From positions 1 through 56,591 of the IMG/VR virus record IMGVR_UViG_3300027861_000038: DNA of 56,591 nucleotides, one strand, 5' to 3'. Positions within the stretch are counted from its first letter, which is position 1. Every line of letters begins with the position of its first letter. A model generated the notes under the pieces. The model worked only from the letters and a program-made list of their open reading frames with translations, made no database searches and was not told the DNA's origin. The position numbers and the translations under genes are program-made. Below, piece by piece: positions 20,319 to 27,445 of the stretch. Source of the DNA: a virus (lineage: Duplodnaviria; Caudoviricetes).

Positions 20319-20573
20319 TTAATCTCTAATAGGTTCTGTTTCGTCTGTTCCACAGAACTCCCAATCATCTATGTTATCTCTAATGAATAGTTCAATATCT
20401 TTTAATGCAATCCCCTTATCATCAGAGGATAAATCTATATCGAACTCAACTCCATTGATAATTAATGTTGAGTCAATATTCTCAACGCAATAATAATCCT
20501 CAATCTCATTTGCATCAAAGGTATGCACCATATGTACACTATCTAATGTGCCATCTGTTAATGTATACATCAT
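20319..20573 (-). CDS. Hypothetical acidic protein
   Basis: 84 aa, D/E-rich. Confidence 0.55.
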   Translation of the reverse strand: MMYTLTDGTLDSVHMVHTFDANEIEDYYCVENIDSTLIINGVEFDIDLSSDDKGIALKDIELFIRDNIDDWEFCGTDETEPIRD

Positions 20574-20734
20574 CTCTTTACTGTTGCCTTTAATTTGTCC
20601 CTACTTATCCAAGCATATCTTGGTTTGTTCTCTTGGTATACTCTGTCCTCTGCCTCCCATTTGGAGTGTGCAGATACAACCTCAATAAACTTGGTCGCAT
20701 ACCTCACGTTGTACATTCTTTTAGTCTCTCTCAT
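20570..20734 (-). CDS. Hypothetical protein
   Basis: Likely start MRETKR, coupled to its neighbours. Confidence 0.5.
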   Translation of the reverse strand: MRETKRMYNVRYATKFIEVVSAHSKWEAEDRVYQENKPRYAWISRDKLKATVKR

Positions 20735-20942
20735 TGTATCCCCTTTCTTTACCAATGTCATAAATCCTTTCTTGGATTTTTTCTATTATCCAATGGCTTG
20801 TTAATACCTCATCGAGTACATCTTGTGCATCGTCATCGGATACATCCTTAAACTTGTCTTTAACATCGTCAATGTGCCATATGTTACCTACATAATAACC
20901 TGCGTCCATAAGTGCTTTTCTTGTTTTATTATTATTTTTCAT
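20721..20942 (-). CDS. Hypothetical protein
   Basis: WHIDDV...DAQDVL pattern seen in small phage early proteins. Confidence 0.6.
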   Translation of the reverse strand: MKNNNKTRKALMDAGYYVGNIWHIDDVKDKFKDVSDDDAQDVLDEVLTSHWIIEKIQERIYDIGKERGYNERD

Positions 20943-20987
20943 AATGTCTTTCTAATTTTTTTACAATTATAGTATAGAAATACTATA

Positions 20988-21320
20988 CTACCTAATTTTA
21001 TCTATTCTTTTATTATAATCTTTTGATACTTGCCTTACTTCCTCAAGTGTGCAGTCCATTTCTATGTTAGCTGAGTAGTCTATGTCATTGTCCATACAGA
21101 ACTTACCCAATGTGCATCCGTGCAATGCGTCCAATACATTTGCTTGGTTTAAGATTCGCTTTGCCTCTGTCTCATAGCCTATCCCCTTTGCCCTCTGATA
21201 TGGCATAAGGAACTCTCGCTTGAATGTCTTGGACTCAACCAAGATAGTGCCTGAGAAATAGCTTGCACCATCTACGTCATCGTAATGCTCGAAGCATTCT
21301 ACTCTTATTCTATTGCTCAT
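20988..21320 (-). CDS. Hypothetical protein
   Basis: 110 aa ORF. Confidence 0.6.
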   Translation of the reverse strand: MSNRIRVECFEHYDDVDGASYFSGTILVESKTFKREFLMPYQRAKGIGYETEAKRILNQANVLDALHGCTLGKFCMDNDIDYSANIEMDCTLEEVRQVSKDYNKRIDKIR

Positions 21321-21951
21321 TGTACCACTTAATAAATTCTATAACTACATAATGACACGCTATTAGGCTATCAGTATTAAATTCTTGATAAAGAATATCA
21401 TTACCTTTTACTATTAAACATTGCCAATCTTTATCTATTGGTTGGAAGTTCTTTTCAAATGTATATCCTAGTAACTCTATCTTCTCCACCACGGGCATCA
21501 GCCAATTCCATTCGTCATAAGGTAAAAACTCTGCCTCATACCATTCGCCACTATCAAACTCTCGGTGGTAGTACTCTGTTATGCCTTTGTTAGATACTTC
21601 CATTTCTAAATCCATAAACTCTGCTATTAATCTGTTATCTGTCATCTTACTTGCTTTGTACCACTTAATAAATTCTACTACTGCATTATGCAAAGACTTA
21701 ACATCCCATATGTTGTCGCTACCAACCTCTGTAAGTAGTGAAACAACCTCATCAAGAGGTTTGTCTATTTTGCGTGATATTTTCATTACCACAGGCATAA
21801 GCCAAGTCCAAGAGGTGTAATATTCCATTGATTCAATAGGTACTACCTCGTTTCCTTGAGGTGTCATTTGTATCATTACTGAATTATCGTTAGGGTCTCC
21901 ATAGGTCATACCCATAAACTCTGCGATTAATTTGTTGTTTAACTCTCTCAT
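21310..21951 (-). CDS. Protein with two tandem copies of an N.LIAEFM...W.WLMPVV.KI...EFIKWY domain
   Basis: Internal duplication visible in the translation. Likely start MRELNNK. Confidence 0.7.
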   Translation of the reverse strand: MRELNNKLIAEFMGMTYGDPNDNSVMIQMTPQGNEVVPIESMEYYTSWTWLMPVVMKISRKIDKPLDEVVSLLTEVGSDNIWDVKSLHNAVVEFIKWYKASKMTDNRLIAEFMDLEMEVSNKGITEYYHREFDSGEWYEAEFLPYDEWNWLMPVVEKIELLGYTFEKNFQPIDKDWQCLIVKGNDILYQEFNTDSLIACHYVVIEFIKWYNEQ

Positions 21952-21952
21952 C

Positions 21953-22162
21953 TTACTTACTTTTTTGAGGTAATACAAGGTAAACAATCGCTCCCAGTAA
22001 GGATAGAATAAACAAGGTAGTGATACTGAATGACACCATCGTAAAGATGTCATTACTCACATCCTCTGCCATTGAGACAATCATTCTCGCTGCGTTCACG
22101 AATACGAATAGCAATGCATTTGCTATTAAAAACTTCTCTGTAATTTTAATTAATTTTTTCAT
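21953..22162 (-). CDS. Small two-TM membrane protein
   Basis: Two hydrophobic helices. TAnnTTTG core at 22195-22202 (minus). Confidence 0.6.
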   Translation of the reverse strand: MKKLIKITEKFLIANALLFVFVNAARMIVSMAEDVSNDIFTMVSFSITTLFILSLLGAIVYLVLPQKSK

Positions 22163-22222
22163 ATTTTTTTTTATCTTTTTGTTGTTAATTTATTCAAAGG
22201 TAATACCTAAATTGTACAGATC

Positions 22223-22432
22223 CTAATCTGTTTCAGCTATCTCGTTTAACTTTAGCCAAAAATCCTTATATCCGTGAGCATTTACTGCAATTCCCGAATG
22301 TTGCCAATTGTGAGGCGAGTCTACTTTTTTAGTAACCTTTCGCCATCTTAATGAATTTCCACCACGAAGATGAATAGGTTTGCACCTTACCATCTGACCT
22401 ACTTTAATTCTTTCTACTTTTAAATTTTCCAT
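22223..22432 (-). CDS. Array gene 12, hypothetical
   Basis: 69 aa, downstream of hairpin R1. Confidence 0.65.
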   Translation of the reverse strand: MENLKVERIKVGQMVRCKPIHLRGGNSLRWRKVTKKVDSPHNWQHSGIAVNAHGYKDFWLKLNEIAETD

Positions 22433-22495
22433 AATATTTTTTTTCTGTTACTACCAATAGCCCTATACCAAATGGTATAGGGCTATTAGTTTGAT

Positions 22496-23047
22496 TTAGA
22501 ATGATGGGTCTCTGTACTGTTCAGCTACTCCAAAAATAATCGAAGTTCTACTGAAGTTTTTGTACTTCTTTGTCAAACCGTCAATTAGCTTATGATAGAA
22601 CATTCCTTCTCCTTCTCCTTCAACTATATCGTCATATGTCAAACCACGTTCTGATAGTAATATGTCCAGCCATCCGTATCCGTACTCCTTGTAGTACTTC
22701 TTCTCTAAGGACTTAATTATATCTACAGAGTAACTAATTTCTCCCCAACAAGATTTCTTTGCATTCCATTCTAACGTTAATGTATGTCCTTCTGAATTGT
22801 CGCTATACTCATAACGCTCGTCTCCGTAACTCTCTCCTACAAACTTAGTGTTCATTTCTTGAATCACGCAGCTCAAACCATCATCGGACACCTCAATAAC
22901 TTGGTACGCTTGTCTGTCTGAATACCCTAAAATTGTTGCACCTTCTCCAACAATTGGAATGCTTGAATTGTTGCCCATCATTTGGTTAATAAAGCCTCCA
23001 GCAACACCAACTTTTCTACTTTGTCTTTTTTCTATTTCGTTTTTCAT
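22496..23047 (-). CDS. Array gene 11, hypothetical (VGEGATILGYSDRQAYQVIEV motif)
   Basis: 183 aa, downstream of R2. Confidence 0.75.
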   Translation of the reverse strand: MKNEIEKRQSRKVGVAGGFINQMMGNNSSIPIVGEGATILGYSDRQAYQVIEVSDDGLSCVIQEMNTKFVGESYGDERYEYSDNSEGHTLTLEWNAKKSCWGEISYSVDIIKSLEKKYYKEYGYGWLDILLSERGLTYDDIVEGEGEGMFYHKLIDGLTKKYKNFSRTSIIFGVAEQYRDPSF

Positions 23048-23106
23048 AATATTTTTATACTACCAAATCCCGTACACCAAGTAGATGTACGGGTAAGTTT
23101 TTTACT

Positions 23107-23433
23107 TTAAATTTGAGACCAATCCGACCATAATTGTGCAATCAAAAGATTCTCAATATCTATTTTATTATATATCAAATGATATATATTTTCAAATGCC
23201 ATTTGCCTTTCATTTTCAAACCTTTCTCCTGTCAATATAGATGTATCAAATGGTGTAAAATCTCCAATTATTCTGCTTATTTCCCTTGCTTTGTGGTAGT
23301 ATATTACGTTTTCGTCATTATCAATCATCTCCCAAATTAGGTCATTTAGTGTATCAATATCTTCAATTTCATTGTCTGCAATTAAATCTTTGATTTGCTC
23401 TGTGTACTCGTTTATTAAATTTTCTATTGTCAT
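23107..23433 (-). CDS. Array gene 10, Ocr-like acidic DNA-mimic (anti-restriction) protein
   Basis: Start MTIENL lies right after R3. MTIENLINEYTEQIKDLIADNEIEDIDTLNDLIWEMIDN...YY aligns by eye with T7 Ocr [39 protein letters not shown]...YY (Ocr recalled from memory). Confidence 0.6.
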   Translation of the reverse strand: MTIENLINEYTEQIKDLIADNEIEDIDTLNDLIWEMIDNDENVIYYHKAREISRIIGDFTPFDTSILTGERFENERQMAFENIYHLIYNKIDIENLLIAQLWSDWSQI

Positions 23434-23479
23434 ATACCACCAAATCCCGTACACCAATTAAGATGCACGGGTATTGATG

Positions 23480-23528
23480 TGTTATTTGCACGGGGGCAAA
23501 TGTTATTTGCACGGGGGCAAATGTTATT
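23480..23528. repeat. 21-bp tandem repeat (TGTTATTTGCACGGGGGCAAA)x2.3
   Basis: Exact copies at 23480-23500 and 23501-23521, then a partial TGTTATT. Confidence 0.95.
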
Positions 23529-23532
23529 ATGA

Positions 23533-23973
23533 CTATGCACCTATAGCCCTTTCAGATTCTGCATATGCGATATTATATGCTTCCTCATTAATGCATCTGT
23601 CGTTGATGCTTAGAATTTTTTCTTGTTGTTGGGTTAAGGAATCATAGTCAATTATATTATTAATCTTAGTTCCTCCACAGGCATCACATTCAATGTCTGT
23701 TCTTCCACTAAAATAATCCTCGTGAAAACCCTCATCTATAATTCCATTTTCATCGTACATCATCGATGAAATGTCATATCCTCCCACATCATATCTTGAC
23801 CTATGCCCACTTCCATTACAGGTGTCACACCAATCAACTTTGCAAGGTAGAATGGTTTTACAAATCCCATCTGAGATAGTTATTTTAGACTTTAAATCAT
23901 CTGAGAAATCTTCTTCCTCGTATCTGTAGATAAAACTTTTGTGCAATTTGTATTCAATTTTTTTACTTTTCAT
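23533..23973 (-). CDS. Array gene 9, CxxCxGxG zinc-finger protein
   Basis: CDTCNGSG and CDACGGTK. Start MKSKK directly follows R4. Confidence 0.7.
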   Translation of the reverse strand: MKSKKIEYKLHKSFIYRYEEEDFSDDLKSKITISDGICKTILPCKVDWCDTCNGSGHRSRYDVGGYDISSMMYDENGIIDEGFHEDYFSGRTDIECDACGGTKINNIIDYDSLTQQQEKILSINDRCINEEAYNIAYAESERAIGA

Positions 23974-24037
23974 ACCACCACATCCCACATACCAATGAAG
24001 ATATGTGGGTAAGTGTTTGTGATGGGTTTGCTTTGTT

Positions 24038-24184
24038 TTAAATTATTATTAATATAAATTTCCGAAATGGCAGTTTAATTCTATAAATTGACCCGTTGTA
24101 ATTTTTGTAAGCTAATGATATTATTTTAGCTTGGTTGTAATTCTTTGCAAATGTTCCGATTCGTACTTTCATTTTTGTGTTCAT
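24038..24184 (-). CDS. Array gene 8, 48-aa basic peptide (MNTKMKVRIGTFAKNYNQAKIISLAYKNYNGSIYRIKLPFRKFILIII), missing from the ORF track
   Basis: Hand translation. It fills the slot between R4 and R5 and has the same A-rich AAAATATT-ATG leader as array genes 1, 11 and 12. Confidence 0.6.
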   Translation of the reverse strand: MNTKMKVRIGTFAKNYNQAKIISLAYKNYNGSIYRIKLPFRKFILIII

Positions 24185-24250
24185 AATATTTTTTTTCTGT
24201 TACCACCTAAACCCGTACACCAATTAAGATGTACGGGTATTGATGTGTTA

Positions 24251-24478
24251 TTATAAATTATCTCTACTTGAGTTATTTACTATCATTTGACTGGTAGGTG
24301 CTATTCCAAAATAAGTGTTTAATTTACCATATATATGTCTACAATGGTTCATTATTTTCTCTGAATCATATTCTAATTGTTCCCCTTTGTAATCTGTAAC
24401 GGGATACCATATAGTTTCAAACCCTTCATTCACGAAAGTTACCCAAGCCATTTCTTTATCTAATTCTATTCTGTTCAT
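24251..24478 (-). CDS. Array gene 7, hypothetical
   Basis: 75 aa, ATG directly after R6. Confidence 0.75.
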   Translation of the reverse strand: MNRIELDKEMAWVTFVNEGFETIWYPVTDYKGEQLEYDSEKIMNHCRHIYGKLNTYFGIAPTSQMIVNNSSRDNL

Positions 24479-24539
24479 ACTACCAATAGCCCTACACCAT
24501 TTGGTGTAGGGCTATTGTTTGTGATGTGATAAGGATTAA

Positions 24540-24767
24540 TTAATTTTCCTCTAAATGTTGCTGAATTAAATTGCTTTCTATTAAAAAGCATCCGATGATT
24601 TTAGATTGGGCAATTTCGGTTAAAATCTTATCTACTGAGTAACCTTTTATGCCGAAATTACGATACAAATATTGAATTCTTAATGCCTCAAGTAATTCTT
24701 GTGCATCGCCATTTAAGATTTGCTTTTTTTCAACTTCTACCAATTTATTAAATTCTTTTCTTGTCAT
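24540..24767 (-). CDS. Array gene 6, hypothetical
   Basis: Start MTRKEF directly after R7. Confidence 0.7.
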   Translation of the reverse strand: MTRKEFNKLVEVEKKQILNGDAQELLEALRIQYLYRNFGIKGYSVDKILTEIAQSKIIGCFLIESNLIQQHLEEN

Positions 24768-24826
24768 ACTACCAAATCCCACAAACCAATTAAGATTTGT
24801 GGGGATTGTTTTGTGATATGTTTGGA

Positions 24827-25048
24827 TTAATGGAAATATAAATCTTCGTGAGACGTTGCTCCAATTGGCTCGCCATACACATAGTCGTTTATTGCCTTAT
24901 CCATCAACTTGTAATAGATGGAATCGATGTACTCATCCCTACAATTGCTTTGCATCTGGTTACCATCGCTGAAATGCACTTTAAACACTGGACTCATTCC
25001 TGCTCTAACGCGATAAATTTTAGTTACTTTTAAATCTGTTTTTGTCAT
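24827..25048 (-). CDS. Array gene 5, hypothetical (MTKTDLKVT...)
   Basis: 73 aa, ATG directly after R8. Confidence 0.75.
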   Translation of the reverse strand: MTKTDLKVTKIYRVRAGMSPVFKVHFSDGNQMQSNCRDEYIDSIYYKLMDKAINDYVYGEPIGATSHEDLYFH

Positions 25049-25104
25049 ACTACCAAAACCCGTACACCATTAAGATGTACGGGTATTGATGTGTTTGTTG
25101 TTGT

Positions 25105-25368
25105 TTATGTCCAATAATTTTTAATCCTCAAACCTTTAGTTCTTATGGCTTCATTCATTTCGGCAGAACTTACGGTAAAAAAATTATCTTTGAAATCTTG
25201 AAAGAATTCGTAAGAATTTTCCCAATTTTCTATGTGTTTTTTTGAATCCACGAAAAGAAATGCTTCTTCTTCGCTTTCAAACTCATCGATAACTTTGTTA
25301 TTGTTACCTCCATCTATTAAAAAATAGGTGCTTTCATTTGTTGTTACTTTTAAATCTGTATCTGTCAT
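25105..25368 (-). CDS. Array gene 4, hypothetical (MTDTDLKVT...)
   Basis: Start directly after R9. Confidence 0.75.
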   Translation of the reverse strand: MTDTDLKVTTNESTYFLIDGGNNNKVIDEFESEEEAFLFVDSKKHIENWENSYEFFQDFKDNFFTVSSAEMNEAIRTKGLRIKNYWT

Positions 25369-25428
25369 ACTACCAATACCCCACATCCATTGTCTAGGAT
25401 GTGGGGTATTGTTTGTGATGTGATGTTG

Positions 25429-25674
25429 TTAGTATAATTCGCTTTTTTCGATTCGCTTTACCTCATATTTTGGCAACTCATAGCAATAGTCTAAATATTT
25501 ATCAAATGAACTTTCGCATTTTTTGTCCCATTTTTTGTAGGATTTTTCATCCCCTTCGCTATCTGCAATGTTTCTTAGATTGTCGTATTCATTGTACTTT
25601 TTTAGCCATTGTATGGCCTTCTTGAAATTGCTTTGATTCGCTTTATTTTTTGCTTTAAATTTTGTATCTTTCAT
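25429..25674 (-). CDS. Array gene 3, hypothetical
   Basis: 81 aa, ATG directly after R10. Confidence 0.75.
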   Translation of the reverse strand: MKDTKFKAKNKANQSNFKKAIQWLKKYNEYDNLRNIADSEGDEKSYKKWDKKCESSFDKYLDYCYELPKYEVKRIEKSELY

Positions 25675-25729
25675 ACTACCAAAACCCCTACACCAAATGG
25701 TGTAGGGGTATTAGTTGTGATGGTCATAA

Positions 25730-25975
25730 TTATCCTTTATAATTTACCTTTATCCAACTTAATAAAATGTCTTTGTTTTGGTCATCTAATTCCATAAACC
25801 AAGAAAAAAAAGCTAGTGTACCTTTTCGTTCATACATATCGCTAAACTTAGATTGTAAGTGATTTGACATACTATCCTTCCATACTTGTGAGATGAAATT
25901 TGTAGGGTAATTATGCCCAAATAACATAAATTTAGTGATTGCTTTTGATGTGTTTTTAAAATCTGTGTTTGTCAT
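25730..25975 (-). CDS. Array gene 2, hypothetical (MTNTDFK...)
   Basis: 81 aa, after R11. Confidence 0.75.
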   Translation of the reverse strand: MTNTDFKNTSKAITKFMLFGHNYPTNFISQVWKDSMSNHLQSKFSDMYERKGTLAFFSWFMELDDQNKDILLSWIKVNYKG

Positions 25976-26034
25976 ATACTACCAATAGCCCTATACCAAA
26001 TGGCATAGGGCTATTGCTTGTGATGGGTTAGGGA

Positions 26035-26358
26035 TTAAGATAATAATCTTTTAATATCTGCTTCTGTTTTTTTACGTTTAGCTGATTCCATTTCGTATGC
26101 AATCACCTCTTTTTGCACAAACCATTCCACAACTGCTCTGTTTTCATCCATACCATCACAACCCCAACTTGTGCCCGAAACACCGTCTTTTTTAACCCAC
26201 ATAACTGCTTGGAATAAATCACCATACTTTGGATTGATTTCTACACGATAGTTTACTTCCAATCCATTCTCAAGATGAATAGTTTTCTTGCCGTTTTCTT
26301 TGTTTGCTACAACTGCAAATCTGTCTAATTTCTGTAATAATTCTTTAACGTTTTCCAT
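26035..26358 (-). CDS. Array gene 1, hypothetical
   Basis: 107 aa, after the divergent hairpin R12. Confidence 0.75.
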   Translation of the reverse strand: MENVKELLQKLDRFAVVANKENGKKTIHLENGLEVNYRVEINPKYGDLFQAVMWVKKDGVSGTSWGCDGMDENRAVVEWFVQKEVIAYEMESAKRKKTEADIKRLLS

Positions 26359-26428
26359 AATATTTTTTGCTTTATATCACCAAAACCTCGCAGCCGTGGT
26401 ATGGCTCGAGGTTCCAATTTATTTTAGT

Positions 26429-26440
26429 ATGTCAATGAAC
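26429..26440 (-). promoter_or_regulatory. boxA-like antitermination motif GTTCATTGACAT
   Basis: Resembles rrn/lambda boxA (GCTCTTTAACA) and lies in the array leader. Confidence 0.45.
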
Positions 26441-26511
26441 CAGGGTAGTCCCTACTATAGTGTCCAATAAAATGGACGCTGCTTTCGGGGTCGGTTACCT
26501 TTTCAACAATG

Positions 26512-26519
26512 CAAATATA
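26512..26519 (-). promoter_or_regulatory. Bacteroidota -7 promoter element TATATTTG driving the early array
   Basis: CAAATATA on the + strand matches TAnnTTTG. It is ~155 nt upstream of array gene 1. Confidence 0.65.
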
Positions 26520-26705
26520 ATATCACAGATATCATATAAACTAATTTCTTTGTAAAATAAATTAATCTTTTGTTAATATATTATCTTGTATCTCAGCAAT
26601 ACTGCGCCTTTCAGAGCGAAATTTTTTTTGTGTTTTTTTCCCTTCATTCGTTTAGGCTGGCAAAATTGCGCCCAGGGATTAAGCCTTCCCTCAAGGTATG
26701 CAGGC

Positions 26706-26857
26706 TATATATATATATATTGTATGGGGATATTATACGGGTATGGGGTAACGGGTAACGGGTAACGGGTATAGGTACGGGGTGCGTAAAACGGGTAGGT
26801 AGGTAGGTAGTGCCATAGATAATGTAGGTAGGTATGTAGGTAGGTAGTGCCATAGGT
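26706..26857 (+). repeat. Low-complexity G-rich block: (TA)n, (GGGTAAC)3, (GTAG)n, GTAGGTAGGTAGTGCCATAG x2
   Basis: Read directly. It lies at the divergence of the two transcription arms. Confidence 0.9.
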
Positions 26858-26984
26858 AAACGCCAAAAAATTGGACTGCAGGGATCACATCAACACCCCA
26901 CCCTAACTTTTTTTTTCGGTTTTCTTTTTCGGCAACTTTGCGTGCAACCCCCTATAACCCAAATAGTATATACAACTAATGTGT

Positions 26985-26992
26985 TATATTTG
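26985..26992 (+). promoter_or_regulatory. TAnnTTTG promoter core (first of a set)
   Basis: Other + copies upstream of genes: 27651, 30146, 31217, 34418, 41048, 44578, 52938. Minus copies: 10870, 18185, 22195, 26512. Confidence 0.7.
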
Positions 26993-26995
26993 CAT

Positions 26996-27139
26996 ATGAG
27001 TTATAAGATATCAATACACAATCGCATATTCATAGGCTTCGCATTGGGATGGAGTTACTATGGGAAGACAGAGGAATATGACTACAGTGAGTTCACATTG
27101 TTCTTAGGGTTGTTGAGTATCGTTATAGTAAGAAGTTGA
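26996..27139 (+). CDS. Small hydrophobic protein (MSYKISIHN...)
   Basis: ATG just after the promoter core. 47 aa. Confidence 0.55.
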   Translation: MSYKISIHNRIFIGFALGWSYYGKTEEYDYSEFTLFLGLLSIVIVRS

Positions 27140-27143
27140 TATT

Positions 27144-27341
27144 ATGAAAATGTTTAAGTATAAAAGTATGGGCGGTCTTCGAGTAGAGGACGGTAGATTA
27201 GTTAACGACCGTGAAGACGGTGTAACAGGAATTGCGAAAGCTGCAAACGTCAAACAGATGATGAAGCGAGCAAAGAAAGTTGATATGATAGCGGACGGAA
27301 TTAGTCTTGCTGAAGCCAAGAAAGGATTTTATAGGATGTAA
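27144..27341 (+). CDS. Hypothetical protein
   Basis: 65 aa, followed by a terminator. Confidence 0.65.
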   Translation: MKMFKYKSMGGLRVEDGRLVNDREDGVTGIAKAANVKQMMKRAKKVDMIADGISLAEAKKGFYRM

Positions 27342-27368
27342 ACCTATAATTTTGTGTTGTTCATTTAT

Positions 27369-27395
27369 AAGGGAATTTAACGATTCCCTTTTTTT
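27369..27395 (+). terminator. Intrinsic terminator
   Basis: AAGGGAAT-ttaacg-ATTCCCTT followed by a T-run. Confidence 0.8.
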
Positions 27396-27445
27396 GTGTT
27401 TGTTTTTTACATTTCAATGCTCTTTTTATGCTCTTTTTTTTCTTC

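Larger units (their letters stand above)
22451..26413 (-). repeat. Twelve dispersed intergenic hairpin elements, one per gene
   Basis: Approximate copies: 22451-22487, 23059-23097, 23436-23483, 23974-24024, 24202-24249, 24479-24526, 24768-24817, 25049-25095, 25369-25420, 25675-25722, 25978-26025 and 26376-26413. Minus-strand consensus: (CAUCACAAAC/ACACAUC)AAUA-CCC-stem-loop-GGG-(U/A)UUUGGURGU(..)AUG. Confidence 0.95.

Noticed and set aside
22451-26413. CRISPR array interpretation of the repeats
   Set aside because: The intervals are ~200-600 bp and each holds an ORF, the repeat stems vary in sequence, and no cas genes are present.
22451-26413. Canonical integron attC sites
   Set aside because: No consistent RYYYAAC/GTTRRRY ends, no conserved extrahelical bases, and no tyrosine recombinase recognised. 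Kept only as an analogy.
26288-26853. ORFs 26288-26470, 26570-26758 and 26644-26853
   Set aside because: They are translations of the leader and of low-complexity repeats in the switch region.
26885-26903. Possible 13th repeat on the + strand (CACATCAACACCCC)
   Set aside because: Only the 5' flank resembles the element. There is no complementary arm or TTTGGTAGT tail.
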